In this document: piece by piece, positions 28,541-38,472 of the stretch
Position numbering within the stretch: position 1 is the first letter of the stretch
How the letters are laid out: every line of letters begins with the position of its first letter
Source of the DNA: Atopobiaceae bacterium
Lineage (GTDB): Bacteria; Actinomycetota; Coriobacteriia; Coriobacteriales; Atopobiaceae
NCBI GenBank assembly: GCA_040307385.1
Contig: JAWRJQ010000099.1
Location: forward strand, 18,122 to 82,121
Reading direction: 5' to 3'
DNA: 64,000 nt
Notes under the pieces: model-generated
The model's database searches: none
Told to the model about the DNA's origin: nothing
Seen by the model: only the letters and a program-made list of their open reading frames with translations
Program-made: the position numbers and the translations under genes

Positions 28541-28631
28541 CTTTCGCATAATGTCAATGGCGAGAAAACCGCGCGCATCTGACCTGCGGCTCCTTGAAGC
28601 GCCTCGCGCGTACACGCACATTATGCGAAAG
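28541..28631. repeat. 91-bp element with perfect 14-bp inverted ends
   Basis: CTTTCGCATAATGT at 28541-28554 and ACATTATGCGAAAG at 28618-28631. Confidence 0.75.
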
Positions 28632-28662
28632 TCGGGGCCGCGCGCCGCCCGCACCCGGCATG

Positions 28663-30342
28663 CTACCGCCAGATTCGCGCCGTTCCCTCCCAGGGACGGA
28701 GCACCCCATCCGCGCCGGGCTCGTCGTAGGTGCTCACGAGCGCCTCGCCGCCCTCCCACGCAAGCGCAGGCTGCTCCTCGCCTGAGAAGTTGCATTGCAC
28801 CAGCACGCGCTCCGAGCCGAGCGTGCGCTCGTAGACGATGACCTTCTCGGCGGGAGAATCGAGAAAGCGCACGTCTCCCGCTTGGATGATCGGCTCTGCC
28901 TTCCGCAGCGCAATCAGGCGCTTAAAGAAGGAGAAAACCGATGCGGGGTCGTCCGTCTGCGCCTGCGCGTTGAGCCAGGTGTAGTTCTCGGCCACATCGA
29001 TCCAAGGTGCAGCGGTGGTGAAACCCGCATGGGGCGAGGCGTCCCACTGAACGGGGGTGCGCGCGTTGTCGCGCGATTTGTATGCGATGATCTCAAGCGC
29101 CTCCTGCTCGGACATGCCCCTATCCTCCTGCAGGATGCGATGGTAGTTGATGCTCTCCACGTCGCGGAACTGCTCGATGCGCGTGAAGCCGGGGTTCGTC
29201 ATACCGAGCTCTTCTCCCTGGTAGATATAGGGGGTTCCGCGCATGAGGAACGTGCAGACCGGCAGCAGCTTGGCCGACCGCAGCCAGCTCTCGGGCGTGG
29301 TGTCGTCGCCAAAGCGCGTGACGGGCCTCGGCTGGTCGTGGCAGGTCCAGAACACCGCGTTCCACCCGCCCGCCTCGGTCATGCGCTCCTGCCAGCCTGC
29401 AAAGATGTCGCGCAGCATGGCGATGTTCGGCTTGGCCTTGGACCAGCGGGTCCCGCCGACGTTATCCACGCGGAAGTGGTGGAACGAGAATGCCATGGCG
29501 AGTTCGTGGTTCTCGGGCTTCGTGTATTCGATGCAGCGCTCGATGGTGGTGGAGCTCATCTCGCCGACGGTCATCATGCCCTCGATGCCCCCGTCGCGCA
29601 CCAGCTCGCGCAGATACGCGCCCACATGTTCGCCGTCGGTGTAGAATCGCTTGCCATCGCCCTCATGGTCGTCCTCGAACACGGCGGGCTTCGAGATGTT
29701 GTTGATCACATCGAAGCGGAAGCCCTTCACGCCGCGATCCTTCCAGAACCGGAGCACGTCGGCGAGTTCGGTGCGGACCTCGGGATTGCGCCAGTCGAGG
29801 TCGGGCTGCGAGACATCGTAGAGATGCAGGTACCACGCGCCCATCTCGGGCGACCACGCCCAGGCGCTGCCGCCGAACTTGCTGCTCCAGTTGGTGGGCG
29901 GCTTGCCGGGATCGGCCGCGCTGCTTCCGTGCCGAGGATCTTGCAGCAGGTAGTACGCCTGGTACGTGGGGTTTCCCGCCAGCGCCTTCTGAAACCACTC
30001 GTGCTGGTCGGAGGTGTGGTTGAAGACCATATCGAGCATGAGTCCGATGCCGCGCGCCTCAGCCTCGCGTACCAGCTCGTCGAAGTCGTCCATCGTGCCG
30101 AACACCGGGTCGATGGCGCGATAATCGGCCACGTCGTAGCCGCCGTCTCTGAGGGGGCTTACGAAGAACGGGGTGATCCAGAGGTAATCGACGCCGAGCT
30201 CGGCGAGATAGTCGAGACGTTCGGTGATGCCGCGCAGGTCTCCCACGCCGTCCCCGTTCGAATCGTTGAACGACCTGATATAGATTTCATAGGCGACCTT
30301 CGAACCGAGTTCGAACGCCCTGCCGGTATCTCCTAGCGCCAT
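28663..30342 (-). CDS. treC: Alpha,alpha-phosphotrehalase (GH13)
   Basis: GH13 catalytic motifs FRFDVIN, VGEMS, HDQPR; downstream of the trehalose PTS gene. Confidence 0.88.
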   Translation of the reverse strand: MALGDTGRAFELGSKVAYEIYIRSFNDSNGDGVGDLRGITERLDYLAELGVDYLWITPFFVSPLRDGGYDVADYRAIDPVFGTMDDFDELVREAEARGIGLMLDMVFNHTSDQHEWFQKALAGNPTYQAYYLLQDPRHGSSAADPGKPPTNWSSKFGGSAWAWSPEMGAWYLHLYDVSQPDLDWRNPEVRTELADVLRFWKDRGVKGFRFDVINNISKPAVFEDDHEGDGKRFYTDGEHVGAYLRELVRDGGIEGMMTVGEMSSTTIERCIEYTKPENHELAMAFSFHHFRVDNVGGTRWSKAKPNIAMLRDIFAGWQERMTEAGGWNAVFWTCHDQPRPVTRFGDDTTPESWLRSAKLLPVCTFLMRGTPYIYQGEELGMTNPGFTRIEQFRDVESINYHRILQEDRGMSEQEALEIIAYKSRDNARTPVQWDASPHAGFTTAAPWIDVAENYTWLNAQAQTDDPASVFSFFKRLIALRKAEPIIQAGDVRFLDSPAEKVIVYERTLGSERVLVQCNFSGEEQPALAWEGGEALVSTYDEPGADGVLRPWEGTARIWR

Positions 30343-30455
30343 GGGTGCTCCTCACAACGTGGCTGTGCCCGTGCGGGCCATTGTAGCGAAAAGGAGGGAC
30401 GACGATGGCCGCCCCTCCCTGAACCCTCGCGGGGAGGGCACGTGAAAAAGGCCGT

Positions 30456-32408
30456 CTAGCTGATCTTAAGAACGGGCGCGCCCGCATCGACGGGTCCGAG
30501 TGTCGCCTCGACGGACGCATAGTCATCGGTGTTGGTGATGATGACCATGGTGGTCGCGGGCTTTCCAGCTGCTTCGACGGCATCCAGATCGACGACCATG
30601 AGCAGGTCGCCCGCGCTCACCTTGTCGCCCGCGACGCACTTCGCGGTGAACGGAGCGCCGCCGAGCTCGACGGTATCGATGCCGATGTGGATGAGGACCT
30701 CGGTGCCCTCGTCGGTGATCATGGCAAGGGCGTGGCCGGTCTCGGCGACCATCACGATGCTGCCGTTGGCGGGGGCGTACACGGCACCCACGGTGGGTTC
30801 GACCGCAAACCCCTTGCCCATGGTCCCGGAAGCGAACACGGGGTCGGCGACCTCGGAGGTGGCGACGGCGGTGCCGGTCATGGGCGAGACGATGGTGCCG
30901 GGCGCATAGGATGCCGCGATGCTGGCGGGCAGGCTCTCGGCGAGCACGTCCTTCTCGGCGATAACCGCAGCGACCTTCTCGGCCTCCTTCTCGATGCCCT
31001 TGCGCTTGCCGAAGATGAAGCACAGCGCAAACGGCACGGCGACGGCGATGAGGATGCACAGAGCGTAGGGAAGGATGGACTGCGACTGCATGGAGAGGAT
31101 GCCGGGCAGGCCGCCGACGCCGATGGCGTTGGCGGTGCAGGACAGGGCGGTGCACACGATGGCCGCGCAGGCGCTGCCGGTCATGCCGCACAAAAACGGG
31201 AAGACGTACTTCATGTTGACGCCGAAGATGGCGGGCTCGGTGACGCCCAGGTAGCAGGAGATGCATGCGGGGATGTTGATCTGCTCCTTGGCCTCATCGC
31301 GCCTCTGCAGGATGATCATGGCCAGGACGGCGGAGCCCTGGGCGATATTGGACAGCGCGATCATGGGCCACAGCATGGTTCCGCCCGTGTCGGCAATGAG
31401 CTGCAGGTCGATGGCATTGGTCATGTGGTGCAGGCCGGTGATGACCAGCGGGGCGTAGACGAAGCCGAAGATGGCGCCGAACACAACGCGGAAGCTGCCG
31501 GAGATGCCCGCCATGACGATGTCGGAGATGAAGCGGCCGATAATCCAGCCGATGGGGCCGAGCACGAAGTGGGCCGCGATGACGCTGAGCAAGATCGAGC
31601 AGAACGGCACGACGATCATCTGGATGATCGACGGCGTGATCTTCTTGAAGAGACGCTCAAGGTAGTTGAACGTGATGGCTGCGAGAATTGCCGGGATGAC
31701 CTGGCTCTGGTAGCCGATCATATTGACCTGGGCGAACCCGAAGTCCCAGAACGGGATGTCGCCGGGCGCCGCTCCCGCAACCGCATAGGCGTTCATGAGC
31801 TGGCCCGATACGAGCGTGAGGCCGAGCACGATGCCGAGCATCTCGGTGCCGCCCATCTTGCGCGTCACCGACCAGCAGATGCCCACGGGAATGCCCACGT
31901 GGAAGACGGCCTCGCCGATGAGCCACAGGAAGTTGTAGACGCCGGTCCAGAAGACGGACAGCGACGCGAGGGTTTGGGTGCCGTCGGGACCGAAGTTGGG
32001 CAGGTCGCCCAGGATGTTGCGGAAGCCGAGGATAAGGCCGCCGGTGATGATGGCGGGGATGAGGGGTGCGAAGACCTCGGAGATGGAACCCATGGCCTGC
32101 TGGAGCGGGTTCTGGTTGGCACGCGCGGCCTTTTTCGCCTCTTCCTTGGAGACGCCGCCCATGCCCGAAACCGCCACGAAGTCCTCGTAGAATTCGCCGA
32201 CTTCGTTTCCGATGATGACCTGGAACTGCCCGGCCTGCGTGAAGCTTCCCTTTGCCGCAGGAAGGGCTTCGATCGCCTCGACGTCCGCGATGCTTGGATC
32301 GACGAGGGTGAAGCGCATGCGCGTTACGCAGTGCGTGAACGCGGCAATGTTCTCCTTGCCGCCGATCAGACGGAGCATCTCGCGGGCGTCCTTCTCGAAC
32401 CTGCCCAT
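30456..32408 (-). CDS. treB: PTS trehalose-specific EIIBCA
   Basis: HCVTRMRF (EIIB), TGLHH and GVTEPAIFG (EIIC), LIHIGIDTV (EIIA). Confidence 0.92.
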   Translation of the reverse strand: MGRFEKDAREMLRLIGGKENIAAFTHCVTRMRFTLVDPSIADVEAIEALPAAKGSFTQAGQFQVIIGNEVGEFYEDFVAVSGMGGVSKEEAKKAARANQNPLQQAMGSISEVFAPLIPAIITGGLILGFRNILGDLPNFGPDGTQTLASLSVFWTGVYNFLWLIGEAVFHVGIPVGICWSVTRKMGGTEMLGIVLGLTLVSGQLMNAYAVAGAAPGDIPFWDFGFAQVNMIGYQSQVIPAILAAITFNYLERLFKKITPSIIQMIVVPFCSILLSVIAAHFVLGPIGWIIGRFISDIVMAGISGSFRVVFGAIFGFVYAPLVITGLHHMTNAIDLQLIADTGGTMLWPMIALSNIAQGSAVLAMIILQRRDEAKEQINIPACISCYLGVTEPAIFGVNMKYVFPFLCGMTGSACAAIVCTALSCTANAIGVGGLPGILSMQSQSILPYALCILIAVAVPFALCFIFGKRKGIEKEAEKVAAVIAEKDVLAESLPASIAASYAPGTIVSPMTGTAVATSEVADPVFASGTMGKGFAVEPTVGAVYAPANGSIVMVAETGHALAMITDEGTEVLIHIGIDTVELGGAPFTAKCVAGDKVSAGDLLMVVDLDAVEAAGKPATTMVIITNTDDYASVEATLGPVDAGAPVLKIS

Positions 32409-32544
32409 GTGTGCCTCCCATCGTATGTGCGCCGCAGCGTGGTTGCGGCGCCCTTTAGCTGGATTATTTCAACCGCATGCGGAACGCACAACTGCAAGTT
32501 ATGTGCATAAGGTCTGGCCTGCGTCTATGCTGAGTGTACGACCG

Positions 32545-32593
32545 TTGGGGAATCCCCATTCAGGGAGTATCCCCCATTCGGGGAGTATTCCCG
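32545..32593. repeat. 18-bp-period GGGAGTATCCCC short tandem repeat
   Basis: Units at 32563 and 32581; same family at 47332/47350, 60614 and 24089. Confidence 0.7.
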
Positions 32594-32628
32594 AGCGGGG
32601 GGGGGCGCACAGGGCGCGGGAGATTGCC

Positions 32629-33348
32629 ATGAGGTCAATTTACTTCGATATCTACGAGGACCTGCGTGATCGGATCGAGGCGGGGGAGTTTTCCTACCGG
32701 AAGTTCATCCCCTCCGAGGCGGTGCTTGTCGATGAGTACGAGTGCTCGCACAACACCCTGAGAAAAGCGCTTTCCGTGCTCCGCCTCCACGGCTACGTGC
32801 AGCCGATCCACGGCAAGGGCGTCATGGTCATCTGGCAACCCGACCGGCATGCACGCTTCGTCCTGGGCGATATCGAGTCGTTCAAGGAGGCCGCCGAACG
32901 CAACAACATCGTGGCCAGCACGCGGGTGCGCTCGTTCAGCGAGGCCGTCGTCGATTCCCATATAGCGCACGTGACCGGCTTTCCGGAGGGGGAGGAGTTC
33001 TACCGCGTGGAGCGCGTCCGCATCATCAACGGCTCGGCGCTCATCTACGATATCAACCACTTTCTCAAGTCGGCGGTGCCCGGACTCACGCCGGCCATCG
33101 TCGAGCGTTCGGTGTACGAGTACCTCGAGGGCGAGCTGGGCATGCGCATCACAACCAGCAGAAGAACTGTCAAGGTCGAGCATGTCACGAACGATGACAG
33201 GGAGGTGCTCGACCTGCTCGACTACACCATGGTGGCCGTGGTCGTCAGCCAAACCTTCAACTCCGACGGCGTGATGTTCGAGACCAACTTCTCACGCCAT
33301 CGTCCCGACTTCTTCACCTTCCACAACACAGCCGTGCGCGGGTACTGA
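32629..33348 (+). CDS. treR: Trehalose operon repressor (GntR/UTRA)
   Basis: GntR HTH followed by a UTRA domain ending SRHRPDFFTF; divergent from treB. Confidence 0.9.
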   Translation: MRSIYFDIYEDLRDRIEAGEFSYRKFIPSEAVLVDEYECSHNTLRKALSVLRLHGYVQPIHGKGVMVIWQPDRHARFVLGDIESFKEAAERNNIVASTRVRSFSEAVVDSHIAHVTGFPEGEEFYRVERVRIINGSALIYDINHFLKSAVPGLTPAIVERSVYEYLEGELGMRITTSRRTVKVEHVTNDDREVLDLLDYTMVAVVVSQTFNSDGVMFETNFSRHRPDFFTFHNTAVRGY

Positions 33349-33388
33349 CGCCTGCCGGGCGCACACGGCGGCCGGTACCGCGCTGCCC

Positions 33389-34879
33389 TTACGACTCGCG
33401 GCCGGGCTTCACGATGATGGGAATGTTGGAGAGCGCTTCGGCGGCCTGTTCGGGCAGATATACCGAGAGAAGCGCGCACGCGGCGGGGAAGGTCGCCCAG
33501 CCTTCATCGTCGATCTCGACGGTGCGCTCCTCGCCGAGCACGCACACCCAGCGCTCGCCCGCATGGGCTGTGCCGACATGCATGCGTTTCTCGCCGTTCG
33601 CGCGGCGCGAGACCAGCACGGCGCAGCCGGGGCCCTCGTCGGAACCCGCGCGCGTCCAGCCCACGATGTCGGGCTCATCGAAGTAATCGTGCTGCTCGCC
33701 GAACGCGCAATCCTCGCGGATCTCCATCAGCAGCGGCAGCTCGGCCACTGCGGGGATGCCGTCGTTGGGCAGCCCGTAGAGGTCGGCGAAGAACACGCAG
33801 GGGTAGCCCGCCTCGCGCAGCAGGATCAGGGCGTAGGCGGCCGACTTGAACCAGTGGCGCACCGTTGACTCCAGCGCTTGGTCGGGCTGGGTGTCGTGGT
33901 TCTCCACAAAGGTGACGGCGCGGATAGGGTCGGCGGTCACGAGCGATCCATCGAAGAGGGTGCGCAGATCGGCACCCTCGGGATCCTCGCTCGCGTGGAA
34001 GAAGTTGAAATGCAGCGGCACGTCGAAGAGCGAAAGCGACTCCTCCTCGCCGATGTAGTCCTGAAGGTCCTTCAGGTCCTTGGACCAGTATTCGCCCACC
34101 ACGAAGAGCTCATGGTCGACGGATGCGCGCATGTCGGCAAGCCAGCGCTGGTAGAACGCGCGGCTGATGTGCTTGAGCGCGTCGAGGCGCAAGCCGTTCA
34201 CGCCCGTGGAGCGCAGATACCAGCGGCCCCACGTGGCGAGCTGAGCGTACACGCGCTCATCCGAAACGTCCACGTCCATGCCCATGAGGTAGTCGTAGTT
34301 GCCGTTCTCGGAGCGGTCCACATCCTCCGCCCAGGCCTTCTCGCCGAAGCGCCACACGCCCGAGCGCTGCTCGGCCTCGTTCCAGTCGCAGCCGGTGAAG
34401 CAGCTCGCGTCCCAGACAAAGCGGTCGAGCTTGCCCGCACGTCCCGGAAAGGTGAAGCGCGACCACGTGCCGATGGTGCCCGGCTCGCCGATATCCTCGG
34501 TGCGGTTTGCGGGATTCACCTCGGTGGCGACGGCCTCCTCCAGCTCGTCTCCGCCCATCTTGTGGTTGAGCACGATGTCGCCGAGCACTTGCACGCCCTC
34601 GCTCTGCAACGTGCGCACGGCGTCGACATATTCCTCGCGGGTGCCGTACTTGGTGCGCACGGCTCCCTTCTGATCGAATTCTCCCAGGTCCCAGAGGTCG
34701 TAGGCGCCATACCCGACGTCGGCGGTTCCCGCCTCGCCCTTGTATGCGGGAGGAAGCCACACGGCGGTGAAGCCGCGCGATGCAAGCTCGGGTGCCCGCT
34801 CGGCCATGCGGCGCCAATGCTGTCCGTCGGACGGCAGGTACCAGCTGAAGCCCTGGAGCATCATTCCATTCATATGCAC
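33389..34879 (-). CDS. amyA: Cytoplasmic alpha-amylase (GH13)
   Basis: WLPPAYKG, RLDALKH, VGEYW and FVENHD motifs; no signal peptide. Confidence 0.9.
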   Translation of the reverse strand: MHMNGMMLQGFSWYLPSDGQHWRRMAERAPELASRGFTAVWLPPAYKGEAGTADVGYGAYDLWDLGEFDQKGAVRTKYGTREEYVDAVRTLQSEGVQVLGDIVLNHKMGGDELEEAVATEVNPANRTEDIGEPGTIGTWSRFTFPGRAGKLDRFVWDASCFTGCDWNEAEQRSGVWRFGEKAWAEDVDRSENGNYDYLMGMDVDVSDERVYAQLATWGRWYLRSTGVNGLRLDALKHISRAFYQRWLADMRASVDHELFVVGEYWSKDLKDLQDYIGEEESLSLFDVPLHFNFFHASEDPEGADLRTLFDGSLVTADPIRAVTFVENHDTQPDQALESTVRHWFKSAAYALILLREAGYPCVFFADLYGLPNDGIPAVAELPLLMEIREDCAFGEQHDYFDEPDIVGWTRAGSDEGPGCAVLVSRRANGEKRMHVGTAHAGERWVCVLGEERTVEIDDEGWATFPAACALLSVYLPEQAAEALSNIPIIVKPGRES

Positions 34880-34999
34880 CTCCTTACTGTGACACGTCGT
34901 GCCGGCACAGTGCCCGTGCGTCGAGCCGACAACTGCCTATCCTACCCATTTTCAAGGCACGATATGCACAGGGGGCTTTTGACGTAGGCACCCGAAACG

Positions 35000-36160
35000 C
35001 TACAGCTTGGCGACAAGCTCATCGGCGAGCGCCTCGATCTGAGCGCGGGAATCATCGTCGAGCGACCCCATCACGGTAGCCGTGTGCTCCGCGAACTCGA
35101 TCTCTGCGCACGTCTCCATGTCGGCGCGCATGCCCTTTGCGGCTGCGGGCATCCACGTGCCGTTCTCCAAGAACGCGACCGTGCGCTTTTGGAATGCGTG
35201 GTCGACCAGATGCTGGACGAAGTTGTGCATGATCGGGAAGTAGCCGCCGTTGTAGGTGGTGGTGGCGAGCACGAGAATACCGTGACGGAACGCATCCTCC
35301 GCCGCCTCGGCCTGGTCGTCGCGCGCGAGGTCGGTCACCACCACGCGCTCGCAGCCCTTCTCGCCGAGCACCTGCGCGAGATACTCCACGGCCTCCTTGG
35401 TGTGGCCGTAGACGCTCGTGTAGGCGATGACGATGCCCTTGGTCTCGACATCGTAGGCCGACCAGGTTTTGTACTGGCCGATATAGTGCTCGAGGTTCTC
35501 GGAGAGCACGGGGCCGTGGAGCGAGCAGATGGTTTGGACATCGAGCTGCTCCACCTTGGCGAGCGCCTTCTGAACGCTTGCGCCGAACTTTCCCACGATG
35601 CCGAAGTAGTAGCGCCGTGCCTCGCAATCCCAGTCTTCATCGACGTCGAGCGCGCCGAACTTGCCGAATGCGTCGGCGGAGAAGAGCACCTTGGCTGCCG
35701 CATCGTAGGTGAACATGACCTCGGGCCAGTGCACGAGCGGCGCGGTGATGAAGGTGAGCGTGTGCGTGCCCAGATCGAGCGTCTCGCCGTCTTTGACCAC
35801 GCGGCTGCGCCCCTCGAACTTGGTGCCGAAGTAGTTCTGCATCATATTGAACGCGCCCACGGTGCCGATGATCGTGGCCTCGGGGTAGCGGTCCATGAAC
35901 GTGGTGATGTTGGCGGAGTGGTCGGGCTCCATGTGCTGCACGACGAGGTAATCGGGCGCGCGCCCGCCGAGCGCTTCCTCGAGCTTGCCGATCCACTCGT
36001 CGCCGAAATGAGCCTCGACGCTGTCCATGACGGCGATCTTATCATCGAGGATGACATAGGAGTTGTAGGCCATGCCGTTGGGCACGATGAACTGGCCCTC
36101 GAAGAGATCCAGCCGGTGATCGTTCACGCCGATGTAGAGGATGTCGTCTGCGATCTGCAT
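35000..36160 (-). CDS. fprA: FprA-family flavodiiron protein
   Basis: QHMEPDH, VHWPE, SADAFG and SLHGP motifs, plus a flavodoxin domain (YTSVYGHT). Confidence 0.92.
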   Translation of the reverse strand: MQIADDILYIGVNDHRLDLFEGQFIVPNGMAYNSYVILDDKIAVMDSVEAHFGDEWIGKLEEALGGRAPDYLVVQHMEPDHSANITTFMDRYPEATIIGTVGAFNMMQNYFGTKFEGRSRVVKDGETLDLGTHTLTFITAPLVHWPEVMFTYDAAAKVLFSADAFGKFGALDVDEDWDCEARRYYFGIVGKFGASVQKALAKVEQLDVQTICSLHGPVLSENLEHYIGQYKTWSAYDVETKGIVIAYTSVYGHTKEAVEYLAQVLGEKGCERVVVTDLARDDQAEAAEDAFRHGILVLATTTYNGGYFPIMHNFVQHLVDHAFQKRTVAFLENGTWMPAAAKGMRADMETCAEIEFAEHTATVMGSLDDDSRAQIEALADELVAKL

Positions 36161-36317
36161 GGTGGGCGCCTTTCTGCGTAGATATCGAATCTCTATAGGA
36201 TAGGATACCGCTTTGGCGCAGCCCCGTTCACCGCAGCGGGCGTTTCGAAAAGCTCGGCGGAGCATCGCATCCTCCAACGCTCGGTTCCTATAATGGAAGG
36301 TGTGGAAAGGAAGCCCC

Positions 36318-36905
36318 ATGCGCAAGCTATTTCTCGTGCGTCACGGCCAAACCTATTTCAATATGAGGAAGCTGATCCAAGGCTGGTGCGACTCGCCTCT
36401 CACGGAGCTGGGCATCAGGCAGGCCGAGACGGCGCGCGAGCGTCTGCTCGAGCGGGGCATCCGCTTCGATCACGCATGCTGCTCGTCCTCGGAGCGCGCC
36501 TGCGACACCGCGGAGATCATCCTGAACGGGGAGATTCCCTACGAGCGCCGCAAAGACCTGCGCGAGTTCCATTTTGGAACCCTGGAGGCGGGCAGCACGA
36601 GCATCATCAGGCAGAGACGAGGCCGCTTCGACGATTTTCTCGTGCAGTTCGGCGGCGAGAGCAGGGCAGGGGTTGCCGCGCGGATGAACGCCGCGCTCAC
36701 CGAGATCATGCTACGGCCCGGATACGAGCGCGTGCTTGCCGTTTCGCACGGGGCGGCGATCCTCGAGTTCCTCACCCTCTGGCAGGACGAGAGCCCCATG
36801 AAGGTCGAAGAGGTGCTGGGCAACTGCACCGTCTACGAGCTCGACTTCGATCCGGCGCGGCGCGCGTTCGCGTGCGTGGACTTCATCCAACCCGACGTCG
36901 GATAA
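36318..36905 (+). CDS. Histidine phosphatase (phosphoglycerate mutase family)
   Basis: LFLVRHGQT and VSHG motifs. Confidence 0.92.
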   Translation: MRKLFLVRHGQTYFNMRKLIQGWCDSPLTELGIRQAETARERLLERGIRFDHACCSSSERACDTAEIILNGEIPYERRKDLREFHFGTLEAGSTSIIRQRRGRFDDFLVQFGGESRAGVAARMNAALTEIMLRPGYERVLAVSHGAAILEFLTLWQDESPMKVEEVLGNCTVYELDFDPARRAFACVDFIQPDVG

Positions 36906-36963
36906 GCGCCGAGCGGCCTGACGGCTCCGCGCCCCGGTCGCTCGACGCCCGGATTTCCCGGAT

Positions 36964-38349
36964 TTAGAAGAAGCGCTCCACGAGCTCGCGGGAATACTCC
37001 GCCGTCTCGTCCATGTTGCCGAACGACATGATCTCGCCCGCATAGAAGGTGTCGTAGACGCCCTGCAGCGCCTCCACCCTGTCGTACCAGCCGGCGGCAT
37101 AGTCGGCGGTGACGACATGGGGGAAGTGGTACACGCTCCATGCATCGACAACCTCCAGGGCCGGGTTGCCCATGGTCGCCAGATCGTCCAGAACCATCTG
37201 CGCGCACTCGTCGCGGCCGATCTCGGCCATATCGCGATGCTTGCGCAGGGCGTAGGCGGTGATGACCTGGCTGCTGTCGTCGCGCCAGCGGCGGTAGCAC
37301 GCCATGAGGTGGCCGAGGCGCTCCTTGACCATGTTATCCAGGACGTAGTAGGAGCTGTCGGGATACTCCTCGGGCTTGGTGAGGACGGCCTGCACGTCAT
37401 AGCGCTCGTAATCGATCTTGGAGAAGAGCTCGATCTCATCGGGCCGGGCATCGAAGTACGCGATCATGCCCCGCTGGCCGTCGGCGCGCTCGTCGGGGAC
37501 ATAGAGCGGGGCGGTGACGATGACCTTGTCGTACTCCTCGACCGTCCCGTTGACGGTGACGAAGACCTTGCCGCCCGTGCGCTCGACCTTCTCGACGGCG
37601 GCGTTGAGGCGCGCGGGGTTCTTGAGACGGCCGTTGAGCTGCTCCCAGATGTGCTGGGTGCCGTTCTCCCAGGTCCAGAGGTTGACGTTGAGGTAGTTCA
37701 TCACGGTCTGGAAGTCGAGGAATTTGAGCACGTACCCTGCGGGGATCTCATCGAAGTACCCGTAGCCGGACGAGGTGAAGGGCCCGCGCCACAGATCCTG
37801 CACGAGCTCGACGCCGTTCTTCTCGCAGAACCGCTTGAAGGGCAGCGCGAGATCCTTGAGGTTCTCGTTGACGCCCGAGACCGGCTCGCGGCCGGGGGTG
37901 ACGGTAAAGCCGTCGTAGCGGCCCTCGGCAACGCCCCGATGACCGTTGACGTCGTAGCCCTTGTACTTGGTCTCGAGCAGCTCGCCGAACTTCTTCAGCT
38001 GGTCTTTCATCTTCTTGAGGTGCGGGATCTTGAGCGGGTTCTTCTTCGGGTTGAACGGGTCGATCGCCGCGCCATCGGCGGTCCGGTAGGTGCGGTTGAT
38101 TTTGGGGCCGTCGTGGGTGATGCCGCAGAATTCCTCGATGTCGTGCACCGCATAGAAGGAGGGAACGCCCACGGCGGCGCCCATCTCGAAGCGACGGCCG
38201 TTGTGCACGGGCGACCAGCACGTGCCTCCGACGCGCTCGAGGCGCTCGAGGATGACGTAGTTCTCGTAGCCTTTTTTCTCGAGGTACATGCCGGCGGAAA
38301 GACCGGCGGGACCGCCGCCGATGATGCAGATTCGCGCACGCTTGTCCAT
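36964..38349 (-). CDS. FAD-dependent polyunsaturated fatty-acid isomerase (PAI/linoleate isomerase) homologue
   Basis: GGGPAG FAD motif; colinear by eye with C. acnes PAI as recalled (GRRFEMGA.GVPS, GPK..R, KY.GYD.NGH, PFT..GYG.FD..PA.YVLK.LDF, YAGEIMSFGN). Confidence 0.8.
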   Translation of the reverse strand: MDKRARICIIGGGPAGLSAGMYLEKKGYENYVILERLERVGGTCWSPVHNGRRFEMGAAVGVPSFYAVHDIEEFCGITHDGPKINRTYRTADGAAIDPFNPKKNPLKIPHLKKMKDQLKKFGELLETKYKGYDVNGHRGVAEGRYDGFTVTPGREPVSGVNENLKDLALPFKRFCEKNGVELVQDLWRGPFTSSGYGYFDEIPAGYVLKFLDFQTVMNYLNVNLWTWENGTQHIWEQLNGRLKNPARLNAAVEKVERTGGKVFVTVNGTVEEYDKVIVTAPLYVPDERADGQRGMIAYFDARPDEIELFSKIDYERYDVQAVLTKPEEYPDSSYYVLDNMVKERLGHLMACYRRWRDDSSQVITAYALRKHRDMAEIGRDECAQMVLDDLATMGNPALEVVDAWSVYHFPHVVTADYAAGWYDRVEALQGVYDTFYAGEIMSFGNMDETAEYSRELVERFF

Positions 38350-38472
38350 GGATACCCTCCCGATCGTCGTGCAGAACGTGCAGAGCTCACTGCCCACCAT
38401 TATGATGGTTCGACGGACATCCATCAGGATGTGCCGAAATTCTCCCCACGCGACGTTGCTTACGAAGCCGAT

